A stretch of DNA of 64,000 nucleotides from assembly GCA_040386535.1 (NCBI GenBank), contig JAZKFH010000025.1, positions 128,001 to 192,000 of the forward strand, written 5' to 3'. Under the pieces are notes generated by a model that searched no databases, was not told where the DNA came from, and worked only from the letters and a program-made list of their open reading frames with translations. The position numbers were made by a program, and so were the translations under genes. Position 1 is the first letter of the stretch; each line of letters starts with the position of its first letter. This stretch comes from Myxococcota bacterium. Its GTDB lineage: Bacteria; Myxococcota_A; UBA796; SXON01. This document shows positions 1 through 9,171 of the stretch, in pieces.

Positions 1-437
1 GCTTCGCGTTGAACCACCCCGGCGGGGCCTGCGCCTACCGCGCCACGCTCGCCACGCCCGGCGGCGGCGGCCGCTCGATCGCCTATGTCACCGACACCGC
101 GCCCCTGTCCCGCCCGGGGGAGGGGTTGGCCGGCGGTGGCCTCCCGAACGGGCGCGAGGCGCAGTTCATCGACTTCCTCCGCGGCGCGGACATCGTCGTG
201 TTCGACACGATGTTCACCCTGCCCGAGTACCTCGAGAAGATGACGTGGGGGCACTCCTACCCGGAGTACGCCGTGGCCGTGTGCGACGCGGCCGACGTGA
301 AGACCCTCTACCTGTTCCATCACGCGCCGGACGCCACCGACGCCGACCTCGACATGCTCGCCGAACATTGGGCCGGTCACACCCGTGTGCGGGTGCGCGT
401 GGCCCGGGAGGGGCAAGAAGTGAACCTCGAGGGGTAG
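1..437 (+). CDS. MBL-fold metallo-hydrolase (RNase Z/BN-like), C-terminal part; starts upstream of the window
   Basis: Motifs NHPGG, IAYVTDT, VFDTMF, WGHS and LFHHAPD; frame is open to the window edge. Confidence 0.8.
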   Translation, partial: FALNHPGGACAYRATLATPGGGGRSIAYVTDTAPLSRPGEGLAGGGLPNGREAQFIDFLRGADIVVFDTMFTLPEYLEKMTWGHSYPEYAVAVCDAADVKTLYLFHHAPDATDADLDMLAEHWAGHTRVRVRVAREGQEVNLEG

Positions 438-448
438 CGCAGCTCTAC

Positions 449-814
449 CTGGACGAATCAGTCAGCAACAGCATCCTCGCAGGGGTGCTCGTGCTCCTCA
501 CGGCCGTGTGGACGTTGTGGGGGGCCTGCTGGCTGCGCCGGGTAGAGCTGCGACGAGACAAGGAGCCCCTCGTGCGGGCGTTGGGCCTCGCCTGGGTTCG
601 GGAGGGGTTGGGCCCTTCCGTGCGCGCGCGGGGCACGGTCAGCGGGCAAGCGATCGAAGTTCGATGGCGTCGGGGCCTCTCGCGCGACCGGGTGCGCCTG
701 CTCCGCGGGCAGACCAGCTGGCGGTTCGTGACGGATGACGAGCTCCCAACGCTGATCGCGGGGGCGCCGGAGTCAGAGCCAGCAGCGGCAGTGGAGTCGG
801 ATCCGCCGGCCTGA
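449..814 (+). CDS. Small hypothetical membrane protein (start uncertain)
   Basis: 3' part of ORF 245..814 with a hydrophobic helix ILAGVLVLLTAVWTLWGACWL; fills the gap between two genes; no clear ATG, CTG at 449 taken as start. Confidence 0.4.
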   Translation: MDESVSNSILAGVLVLLTAVWTLWGACWLRRVELRRDKEPLVRALGLAWVREGLGPSVRARGTVSGQAIEVRWRRGLSRDRVRLLRGQTSWRFVTDDELPTLIAGAPESEPAAAVESDPPA

Positions 815-818
815 ACGC

Positions 819-1748
819 TCAGTCCGGGAACACGTGCCGCTCTAGCAGGAACCGGTCGATCCGATGATGGATCGTGTCGGGCTGCTCGATCAGGGCCGCG
901 TGGGAGCCGTCCGCGAGCACGAGGAACTCGGCGCCGGGGATGGCGAGCACCATCTTCCGCGAGAGCCACATCGGCGTGAAGGTGTCACGCTCGGCGGCGA
1001 TGACCAGCGTTGGGACCTTGATGCCGGCGAGGGTGTCCCACGCGTCGTGCTCCTGCGTCAGCAGCACGGTGTGCAGGAACACGCGCATGTCGAGCGAGGC
1101 GAGGTGCCGCATGTACGGGAGCAGGTCCTCCTTGCGGCAATAGAGCGGGTCGACCAGGGAGGCCTTCCGGGCCACCCACCAGGCGATCGGCGACTCCATG
1201 AGCGGCCGGATGACGTAGTGGGAGCGGTCACCCAGGCTGTCGAGGAACCGCGCCGCGGCCGCGAACAACTTCGGCGAGCCGGGGTAGTCGTAGAAGGTCT
1301 CCAGCGCCCGGCCGGCCGTGCCGAGCAGCGGCACCATCCCCAGGACCCGCTCGGGGTGGTTGCGGTGGAATTCCAGCACCACCTGGACGCCCATCGAGTG
1401 GCCCATGAGCAGGGCGGTGGAGATGCCCGCGGCCTCCATCACGGCCTCGAGGTCGCGCGCGTGGCGAGGGATGGAGAGGTCGGCCGTGGCGATGTCGGCC
1501 GGGCGGTCGCTGCGGCCGTGGGCGCGGTAGTCCCACAACAGCACCGTGTGCCGGCGGCAGTAGTGCTCGACGATGTACTTCCAGAAGAAGATGCTGACGC
1601 CGACGCCGTTGCAGCACACGATCGGCGGCCCCTCGCCCACGGCGCGCCAGTAGAGCCGCGTGCCGTCGTCCGCGACCGCGAACCCCGTGCGGACCGGGGT
1701 GGCGCGGGAGGGGAGCGTGAGGGTGCGGGTGCGGGCGGGTTCATGCAT
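819..1748 (-). CDS. Alpha/beta fold hydrolase
   Basis: GHSMG nucleophile elbow, WDYRAHGRS, ERDTFTP acid, GSHAALIEQP His. Confidence 0.9.
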   Translation of the reverse strand: MHEPARTRTLTLPSRATPVRTGFAVADDGTRLYWRAVGEGPPIVCCNGVGVSIFFWKYIVEHYCRRHTVLLWDYRAHGRSDRPADIATADLSIPRHARDLEAVMEAAGISTALLMGHSMGVQVVLEFHRNHPERVLGMVPLLGTAGRALETFYDYPGSPKLFAAAARFLDSLGDRSHYVIRPLMESPIAWWVARKASLVDPLYCRKEDLLPYMRHLASLDMRVFLHTVLLTQEHDAWDTLAGIKVPTLVIAAERDTFTPMWLSRKMVLAIPGAEFLVLADGSHAALIEQPDTIHHRIDRFLLERHVFPD

Positions 1749-1825
1749 GGCGGTTCAATCTAACCAGGGGGCCGGGCTCCGGCCGGGAAGCGCGGGCCCG
1801 CGCAGACCAGAGGGGCAAAACGCCG

Positions 1826-1860
1826 AAGCCCCGATTGGACACGAGGTCCAACCGGGGCTT
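1826..1860 (-). terminator. Intrinsic terminator-like hairpin after tRNA-Ala
   Basis: Inverted repeat AAGCCCCG-ATTGGAC..GTCCAAC-CGGGGCTT, followed on the minus strand by CGGCGTTTT. Confidence 0.6.
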
Positions 1861-1864
1861 GGGG

Positions 1865-1940
<76 letters not shown>

Positions 1941-1953
1941 GAACGTGCAGGCC

Positions 1954-1981
1954 ATTTAATGTATGCCCCCCGAGGCGTCAA
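1954..1981 (-). promoter_or_regulatory. Sigma70-type promoter for tRNA-Ala
   Basis: TTGACG-N16/17-TTAAAT/TAAATG just upstream of the tRNA. Confidence 0.6.
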
Positions 1982-2012
1982 GGCATCGGGCGCCTATCTG
2001 GGGGCGTAGATT

Positions 2013-2825
2013 TCAGTCCAATCCCCGCTGCTCCAGATCTTCCTCGTCCAGGCCGAGGAAATGCCCGATCTCGTGCAGGAGCGTGACGCGAAGCTCGTCC
2101 AGCATGCCTTCCTGGTCGTGCGCCACGCGCATGAGGTTCCGACGGAACAACAGGATGGTCGCCGGCAGGGCGCTCCACGGGTCGTCGCTCGAGCGATCCG
2201 TGAGGGCGTGCCCGGCGAAGCAGCCCAGCACCTCGCCGGGGCGCGCCGGCGGGTCGAACTGGCGGAGCAGCTCGACCGAGGGAACCTCGTCCACCAGGAT
2301 GGGGACGTTCTCGAGGTACCGCTGGAGCGAGGGATGGAGCAGCCCGATGACCTCCTCCGTCAGCGTCTCGATGGTCTCGTCGGGCAGGGGGAGGGGCGCG
2401 GGGAACCCCTCGGGGTCGACCAGCGCCGCGGCCTGGTAGTCACGCGCGGCGCCGTCGTGGTCATCCCGACGCTCGCGGTGGCAGGCACGGTAGTACAACG
2501 CCTCAGGGTGATGCGGATCGAGGCGGAGCGCGTTGAGGAGGATGCCGCGGGACTCCTCGAACTCGCAGGCGTCGAAGAGCTCGCGCCCGAGGGCCACCAG
2601 CGCGTCGACGTGATCGGCGTCGAGCTGGACCGACATGCGCAAGGCGTCGAGGCCCTCCTGGGTCTCGTCGGAGACGCAGAGCGCGAGCCCGCAGACGTAG
2701 AAGCTCTCGGCATCGGGTTGGCGGCCCAGGGCCTCACGCGCGAGGGTCAGGGCGCGGCGCGGATCTTCGTCCAGCAGCCCGAGGGCTTGCTCGCGAAGCT
2801 CGGAGACGGAGCGGCTGCGCTTCAT
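2013..2825 (-). CDS. TPR-repeat protein with C-terminal zincin-like (minimal MMP-like) metallopeptidase domain
   Basis: Start MKRSRSV overlaps the upstream stop (ATGA); TPR-like helices; ILLFRRNL...VTLLHEIGHFLGLDEEDL. Confidence 0.85.
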   Translation of the reverse strand: MKRSRSVSELREQALGLLDEDPRRALTLAREALGRQPDAESFYVCGLALCVSDETQEGLDALRMSVQLDADHVDALVALGRELFDACEFEESRGILLNALRLDPHHPEALYYRACHRERRDDHDGAARDYQAAALVDPEGFPAPLPLPDETIETLTEEVIGLLHPSLQRYLENVPILVDEVPSVELLRQFDPPARPGEVLGCFAGHALTDRSSDDPWSALPATILLFRRNLMRVAHDQEGMLDELRVTLLHEIGHFLGLDEEDLEQRGLD

Positions 2826-4822
2826 GGCGTCGTCACGGGGATGGATGGCGTGGTCACCGGGATGGAGAACTTCTCTTCCACGGCCACGTAGTCCCCATCG
2901 AAGGTCGGCAGGCGCAGCCCGCGGAACGTGCGACGGATGCACGCCTCGGCCGCGGGAAGGTCGAAATTGGCGCCGGTCACGTCGACCCGGCGCACCTGCC
3001 CGTCGCTCGTGATCCACGCGGTGTACACGGCCTCGGCCGTCTCGACGCCGGCGCTGGCGAAACACGGCACGAGGCGCGTGCGTACGGTCTGGACGGCCGC
3101 GACCACGGCGGGGTCGCGGATGACGCCCTCGGCATCGGGCGCCGGGGTCCATCGCATGTCGTCGGCGAGCGTGAGCGTCACGTCGCGCGGGGTGCGCTCG
3201 CCCGCGGGGAGGGTGATGGTCTCCTCCTGCGGGGTGAACCCGTCGGTCTCGACGCGCAGGACGAAGGGCTTCCCAGCCTCCGGCTCGGGGATCTCGAGCT
3301 TTGCGCCGGACCCGACGAGCGCACCGTCGACGAGGACCCGATCGGCGACCGGATCGATGGTGAGCGCGAGCACGGTGACGGGCGGAGCGCGCTGCAAGAA
3401 GAAGACGAGCGCGACGAGGGCGAGCGTCCCGAAGGCGACGGCCACGAGCCCCCCGACGAGCGGAAGGAGCGACTGGCGGTTGGCCTGGAGCGTGAGGGTG
3501 CGCCGCTCGCCGTGGTCGGTCACGACGGTGATGGTCCCGGCGGTGCGGCCCCACGGCATCTGCTGCGGGAGGACGGTGACCACCACCTGCTGCTCGGGGA
3601 CGAGCGGATCGAGCCGCGGCTGCCGGATCTTGAGCCAGTCGCGGTCACTCGTCACGCGGCCCGGCATCTTTCCCTGGCCGACGTTCCGCACGGTCAGCGT
3701 GCGGTCGAAGACGCGGCCGCCCACCTTGAGGGTGATGATCTCGGGGCCGTCCACCGCGAGGCGCGGCCCCATCGTCGCCATGGTCTGAGGGCCCCCCGTG
3801 ATGCCGATCGTCCGCCCGCTCACGGACGGCGGCGTAGGGGCGCGGCTGATGGCGCTGGGCGTGGCGTCCGCCACGGTCGCGCGGGGAGGCGGGAGCGGCG
3901 GGAGTGGCGGGATGGAGGGCCGGCCATCCGGACGAGCCTCGGCAGCGGCGCCGCGGGCCTCGATCTTGGGAACGCGGGTGCCCGCGGGCGCGGTCGACGA
4001 GCGGAAGCCCACCTCGTGCACCGCGGGCGGGGTGCCGCCGGGGAGGGGAGCCTCGCCCGTGATCGCGTCCATCGGGCCGCCGAGCAGGCCGATCAGCGCG
4101 GCAGCGCGCTTCTCCACCTCGTCCGTGACCTCGAGCATCTCCAGGCGCCGCTCGTCGTAGCGCACGCGGCGCTTCGGGTCCGACAACATGCGCCAGGCCT
4201 CATCCAGCGCCTGGAGCACCTCGGAGGAGCGCTTCAGGTCCTTGAGGCTGCGGGCCCAGCGGTAGCGGTTCCGGTAGGCGTCCTCGATGGCGGCGGGCTG
4301 AGCGTTCGTCGCGACGCCGAGGATCGCGTAGTGGTCGATCGAGGTGCCCTCGGCCGTCACGTCGTCCGGTTCGGGCTCGTCCCGGAGCATCCCGGTCTCG
4401 GCGAGGATCTCCTCCAGCCGGCGCGCGACCGCGGCGTCCGCGAGGTCGAGCTGGCGGCCCTGGTGCAGGATGGCGGCCTCGGCTTGCGACGTGAGCGCGC
4501 CCGAGGAGAGCGTGCCGCGGATGAACAACGACAGCACGTCGAGGTTGCGGCCCGCGGTGTCGTCCGTGACGTGCGCGCGGTACTCGTCCACCTCCTCCAG
4601 CATCACCCGCCGGAGGAGGCTGTTGCTCTTGATCAGGAACAACGCCTCGAACTTGTACTTCGGGTTCGACTGCTGCCCCTGCGCCCAGGTGCGGCGCTTC
4701 TTGACGACGTCCTCGAGCGTTGCGTGAGGCGCAGTCGGATCGACGCCGTAGTAGGCGAAGAGAGACGGCCGCCCGACGGAAGTCAGGAAGCGCTCGATCT
4801 CATCGAGGTCGCGGCGGTCCAT
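2822..4822 (-). CDS. Membrane-anchored protein: two J-like domains, Pro-rich linker, Ig/BACON-like domain, TM helix, PEGA-like domain and TonB-C/AgmX-like C-terminus
   Basis: DHYAILGV...AWRMLSDPKRRVRYD J-fold signature without HPD; LTVRNVG..SDRDWLKI; TM LLPLVGGLVAVAFGTLALVALVFFL; C-terminal C..C pattern with GQVRRVDV. Confidence 0.7.
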   Translation of the reverse strand: MDRRDLDEIERFLTSVGRPSLFAYYGVDPTAPHATLEDVVKKRRTWAQGQQSNPKYKFEALFLIKSNSLLRRVMLEEVDEYRAHVTDDTAGRNLDVLSLFIRGTLSSGALTSQAEAAILHQGRQLDLADAAVARRLEEILAETGMLRDEPEPDDVTAEGTSIDHYAILGVATNAQPAAIEDAYRNRYRWARSLKDLKRSSEVLQALDEAWRMLSDPKRRVRYDERRLEMLEVTDEVEKRAAALIGLLGGPMDAITGEAPLPGGTPPAVHEVGFRSSTAPAGTRVPKIEARGAAAEARPDGRPSIPPLPPLPPPRATVADATPSAISRAPTPPSVSGRTIGITGGPQTMATMGPRLAVDGPEIITLKVGGRVFDRTLTVRNVGQGKMPGRVTSDRDWLKIRQPRLDPLVPEQQVVVTVLPQQMPWGRTAGTITVVTDHGERRTLTLQANRQSLLPLVGGLVAVAFGTLALVALVFFLQRAPPVTVLALTIDPVADRVLVDGALVGSGAKLEIPEPEAGKPFVLRVETDGFTPQEETITLPAGERTPRDVTLTLADDMRWTPAPDAEGVIRDPAVVAAVQTVRTRLVPCFASAGVETAEAVYTAWITSDGQVRRVDVTGANFDLPAAEACIRRTFRGLRLPTFDGDYVAVEEKFSIPVTTPSIPVTTP

Positions 4823-4885
4823 TGGGGCGGAGGGTGCCTTGTAAGTAGGGTGTCGTCAACCCCCGGGGTCGAGGGGGCATCGGGG

Positions 4886-6532
4886 TCAGTGAATATTCGC
4901 CGAGGCCATGCGCTTTCGCGCCGCGTCCATCGCTTCCCCCGAGAGCCCGCCCCGAAGCCGGATGGTCGCGCGACGGGTCTGGCGCGTCTCCACGTCGGTC
5001 ACGTCGACCTCGAGGATCTGGTTGAGGGTGTACCGGTACACCACCTCGATGGGGGTCCCGCGTGGGCGCGGCGGGAGGTCGTCCAGGATGACCTCACCGA
5101 TGACCGTGACCTCGTCCCGCACCTCCCCCACGCCCTCGGTCACCTCGACGCGCACGGCGGTCATGCCGTCGTAGGCATAGGCGAAGCGGCCGCGCTTCTC
5201 GCACGGGAGCGGGGTGAACTGGGGGATGAGCGACACGATGCGCTCGCGCAGCGCGGAGTCCAGGACGACGATGCCGAGCGGGTGGGAGGCCACGTCGGTG
5301 ATGCGGACGCCGGGGAGGCCCGGGCCTTGGCCGTCGACGAGGCCCTGGAGGCCCGAGGGGCTCGGGGATGACCCGGCCGAGGGGAACGAGCGCGCGTCCG
5401 CGGTGGACTCGGGGCGCCCACGCCGGGAGAGCGCCTGGCGATAGGCCTGGATGGCGGGATGTTTGGGGCGATGCCGGAACACCGCGGCCAACGAGGCGCC
5501 GAGGGCGACACACTCGTCCGGGTTGACGCCGGCCACGGGGACCTTGCCCGAGAGGCGTCGGAGCGTCTCCTGGATGACCGGCATGCGCGTGGAGCCGCCC
5601 GCGAGCAGCACGTCGTCGATGTCGCTCCAGCGCATCTTCGCCTTCTCGAGGACGATGGCGCACGTGTCGGCGCACTGCTCCACGAGGTCCTGCGTGATGC
5701 TGTCGAACTCCTCCCGCGTGACCGGCACGACCGTGCGGTGCCCGCGGAAGTTGACCGGGATCACGGCGCGCGGCTTGCTGGACAACGAGATCTTGGCATG
5801 CAGGCAGCGCTCGTAGAGCTCCTGGTAGGGCTGGGGCTCGTCCCGCGGGTCGAGGCCGAACTTCTGGAGGAATTGCTCCGCCACGTGGTTCAAGAGGCGA
5901 TCGTCGAAGTCCTTGCCACCGAGCTCCGCGTTGCCGTCGGTCGCGATGGTGCGGAGCGTGGTGCCGTGGATCTCCATCACGGTCACGTCGAACGTGCCGC
6001 CGCCGAGATCGAACACGAGCAGGTTGCGATCTCCGCCGATCCGCTCGACGCCGTAGGCGATGGCCGCGGCGGTCGGCTCGTTGATGATCGACAACACGTT
6101 GAAGCCCGCCAGCGTGCCGGCCTCGTTGGTCGCGCCGCGCTGCGCGCTGTTGAAGTAGGCGGGCACGGTGATGACCGCGTCGCGCACCTCGAAGCCGAGG
6201 GCCTCCTCGGCGTCGTCCTTCAGCTTGCGGAGGATGATCGCGGACAGCTCTTGCGGCGAGTACGACTTGCCGAAGAACTCGAGAAAGTAGTTCGGCTCGC
6301 CCATGGCCCGCTTGATGAAGCGGACGACGTTCAGCGAGTCGACCACCACCATCTTGACCGCCTCCTCTCCGACGACGCACGCCTCGCGGTCGTAGAAGTG
6401 GATGACCGAGGGGGTGGTGGGCTGACCTTCTCCGTTGGGGAGGATCACGGGCTTGCCGTAACGGTCGACGTACGCCATCGCGGAGAACGTCGTCCCGAGG
6501 TCGATGCCGAGGATGATGCCTTCGTCACTCAT
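4886..6532 (-). CDS. Hsp70/DnaK-family protein lacking the helical lid
   Basis: GIDLGTT, AVITVPAYF, INEPTAAA, FDLGGGTFDV, LAGGSTRMP and NPDECVALGA motifs; SBD-beta then only a short helix. Confidence 0.92.
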   Translation of the reverse strand: MSDEGIILGIDLGTTFSAMAYVDRYGKPVILPNGEGQPTTPSVIHFYDREACVVGEEAVKMVVVDSLNVVRFIKRAMGEPNYFLEFFGKSYSPQELSAIILRKLKDDAEEALGFEVRDAVITVPAYFNSAQRGATNEAGTLAGFNVLSIINEPTAAAIAYGVERIGGDRNLLVFDLGGGTFDVTVMEIHGTTLRTIATDGNAELGGKDFDDRLLNHVAEQFLQKFGLDPRDEPQPYQELYERCLHAKISLSSKPRAVIPVNFRGHRTVVPVTREEFDSITQDLVEQCADTCAIVLEKAKMRWSDIDDVLLAGGSTRMPVIQETLRRLSGKVPVAGVNPDECVALGASLAAVFRHRPKHPAIQAYRQALSRRGRPESTADARSFPSAGSSPSPSGLQGLVDGQGPGLPGVRITDVASHPLGIVVLDSALRERIVSLIPQFTPLPCEKRGRFAYAYDGMTAVRVEVTEGVGEVRDEVTVIGEVILDDLPPRPRGTPIEVVYRYTLNQILEVDVTDVETRQTRRATIRLRGGLSGEAMDAARKRMASANIH

Positions 6533-6613
6533 GGCGGCCCATCCTACCGCGGCGGGGGCGGGGGTGCCGACGCCACGGCCGCGGACCCGCGCGATGCCCG
6601 GGGAGGCTCGCCG

Positions 6614-7117
6614 TCATTCTTTGGGTTCGTCCGAGTCGGCGCCCGTGCGGTACACAGCGACCTCCTCGGCGCGGAGCAGCCGGTCCCCACGAACGAACCC
6701 GCGCTTCAGAACGGCCTGCACCTTCCAGTCCTCGGACGGCGAGGTGGAGGGGAGGACGCGCACGGCCTTGTGCATGCGCCGATCGAAGCGCGGCGCACCC
6801 TCGCAGGGCACCACGTCGCGTCGGTACAAGAGCTCGAGAAACTCGTCCAGCAGATACTGGAAGCTGTCCGCGACCACCTCGGGGCTCATCTCCTGCTTCT
6901 GCAGGCTCTGCTGGAACCAGTTCAGGCTGTCGTAGAACAGGAGCAGGTCGAGCAGGAACGGCTTCTCCGTCTGGAAGATGAAGTCGTCCTTGTATTGGCG
7001 AAGCTCCTCATACAGCTGGTCGAACGCCTTCTGTTGGACGGCGTCCGTTCGTAGCCGCTCGCGGAAGAGGTCACCGAGCTCCTCCACGCGCTCTTCAAGC
7101 GTGCGGTTCTCCGACAT
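6614..7117 (-). CDS. grpE: GrpE-family nucleotide exchange factor
   Basis: N-terminal coiled coil; FDRRMHKAV and VLKRGFVRGDRLLRAEEVAV match the GrpE C-terminal motifs; lies between two Hsp70 genes. Confidence 0.85.
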   Translation of the reverse strand: MSENRTLEERVEELGDLFRERLRTDAVQQKAFDQLYEELRQYKDDFIFQTEKPFLLDLLLFYDSLNWFQQSLQKQEMSPEVVADSFQYLLDEFLELLYRRDVVPCEGAPRFDRRMHKAVRVLPSTSPSEDWKVQAVLKRGFVRGDRLLRAEEVAVYRTGADSDEPKE

Positions 7118-9115
7118 CTAGTTGCCCCCCAGCTCGGTCGCGAGGTTGATGAACGTCCCCTGTAGCTCGACCGACTCGTTGCAGAAGTGGTAGTCCTCGG
7201 GGCGCGAGGCCAGCGTCCGGAGGAACTCGGGGCGCACCTGGGCGCCGACGCCGATGGTGATGATCCGGCCGCCGCTCGTGCGGATGCGCGTGATCTCCCC
7301 GGTCGTGGCGTCGGGATCGTCGGGATGGCCGTCCGTCAGCACCACGTAGACCCGTTGCACGCCGGCCTTGGACTTCATGAGGTCCCGCGCGGCGGCGAGG
7401 CCCTCCGCCATCGGGGTCGAGCCGATGGGCGTGAGGCCCTCGATCGCCGAGCTGATCCGCTTCACGTCGGCCGTGAGCGGGCAGAGGACGCCGCCGGGGA
7501 AGCCGACCACCGCGATCTGGCGGTTGGGCCCCAGCGAGGCTTCGGCGAACGCGAGCGCGGCCTTGCGCGCCTCGGTGATGTTGCGCCCGTACATCGACCC
7601 CGAACAATCCATCACGAGGACGATGTTCATCGGAGCGCGGTTGCGCGCGAGGTCTTCGAGGGTGACCGCGCCGGCGGCGAGGCGGTGCGCCAGGGTCTGG
7701 CCGGAGTCCAGATCCATCGCCTCGACCTCGACGATGCCGTTGGCGTTGTACCGGAACGTGACGGAGAGGCGGGACCGGGTCGCGGCGCGCGCGGGGATGC
7801 CGTAGAACTCGAAGTGCCCGAGCACGTTGCACTCGAGCGGATCGGTGTTCTCCCCCTGGACGAGCCAGAGGTCCATCGTGGTCTGGCCGTCGTGCGTGGT
7901 GACGTAGTCGTCCCGCGTGCGCTCACAGGGGATGCGGCTGTTCCGCTCGATGATCCGGCTGTTGTAGAGCTTTCCCTCGCGGTAGACCACCATGCCGAGC
8001 GAGTGGGAGGTCACGTCGTGGGTACGGATGTCGACCGGCGGGGCCTCGCCGGACGCGCGGGAGGACTCGATCGCCGCGGTCAGCGCGGCGCCGAGCGCCA
8101 CACACTCGTCGGGGTTGATGTCTGTCGCGGCATCCCGCCCGAACACGCTCCGGATCATCTCCCGGATCATCGGCATGCGCGTGGAGCCGCCGGCGAGCAC
8201 GACAGTGTCGATGTCGTCGACGGTGAGCTTCGCGTCCTCCAGCACGTCGCGCGTGAGGGCCTCGCAGCGGCGCACCATGCCGGAGGCGAGATCCTCGAAC
8301 TTCTCGCGCGTCAGCTCGAGACGCAGGATCTTGCCCTTGTAGTCGTAGAACAGGTTGACGCGCGGACGCTTGGTCAGCGACAGCTTCGCGCTCGTACACT
8401 TCTGGCGAAGGTCGTGGTACGCGGCCAGGTCGTCGAGCGGGTCGATCCCGTGGCGGGCCCGGAATTGGTCGGCGGCGTAGCGGATGAGCCCGTCGTCCCA
8501 ATCCTTGCCGCCGAGCTGATGGTCGCCCGTGGTGGCGAGGACGGTGATCTCACGGCCGTCAATCTTGACGATCGACACGTCGAACGTGCCACCGCCGAGG
8601 TCGAACACCAACAGGCGCTTCTTCTCGTCGGGGTTGGCGAGCCCGTACGCGAACGCGGCGGCGGTGGGCTCGTTGAGCAACGAGAGCACGCGCAGGCCCG
8701 CGTATTCGCCGGCGCGGATGGTGGCGCGGCGCTGCTTGTCTCCGAAGTAGGCCGGCACGGTGATGACGGCCTGGTCGATCCGGTGCCCGAGGCGCAGCTC
8801 CGCGTCATGCTTGAGCTTTGCCAGAATGAAGCCGGACAGACGCTCGGGGGTGTAAACCTCGCCCCGGTACTCGAAGGTGAAGTCCTCGTCGCCCATGTGG
8901 CGCTTGATGAACTCGACCACCTGCTCGGGGTACGCCACCGCCGATTGTTTGGCGTAGGTCCCGATGATCACCTCTTCGCCCTCGAACAGCACCACCGAGG
9001 GGGTGATGCGCTCGCCTTCGGCGTTGTGCAGGATCTCGGGGACGCCGTACTTGTTGACGTGGGCGATGGCCGAGAAGGTGGTCCCGAGGTCGATCCCGAC
9101 CGCACGGGTGGTCAT
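7118..9115 (-). CDS. Hsp70-family protein fused to a C-terminal VWA domain
   Basis: Full Hsp70 NBD motifs and SBD-beta, then VLVMDCSGSM (DxSxS), GSTPM and VVLTDG, a complete MIDAS. Confidence 0.92.
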   Translation of the reverse strand: MTTRAVGIDLGTTFSAIAHVNKYGVPEILHNAEGERITPSVVLFEGEEVIIGTYAKQSAVAYPEQVVEFIKRHMGDEDFTFEYRGEVYTPERLSGFILAKLKHDAELRLGHRIDQAVITVPAYFGDKQRRATIRAGEYAGLRVLSLLNEPTAAAFAYGLANPDEKKRLLVFDLGGGTFDVSIVKIDGREITVLATTGDHQLGGKDWDDGLIRYAADQFRARHGIDPLDDLAAYHDLRQKCTSAKLSLTKRPRVNLFYDYKGKILRLELTREKFEDLASGMVRRCEALTRDVLEDAKLTVDDIDTVVLAGGSTRMPMIREMIRSVFGRDAATDINPDECVALGAALTAAIESSRASGEAPPVDIRTHDVTSHSLGMVVYREGKLYNSRIIERNSRIPCERTRDDYVTTHDGQTTMDLWLVQGENTDPLECNVLGHFEFYGIPARAATRSRLSVTFRYNANGIVEVEAMDLDSGQTLAHRLAAGAVTLEDLARNRAPMNIVLVMDCSGSMYGRNITEARKAALAFAEASLGPNRQIAVVGFPGGVLCPLTADVKRISSAIEGLTPIGSTPMAEGLAAARDLMKSKAGVQRVYVVLTDGHPDDPDATTGEITRIRTSGGRIITIGVGAQVRPEFLRTLASRPEDYHFCNESVELQGTFINLATELGGN

Positions 9116-9171
9116 CGAGAGGCTCCAATCCGAGCGGTGTCAGGGCAGGTCGTGAACGGCGGGATTCTATG

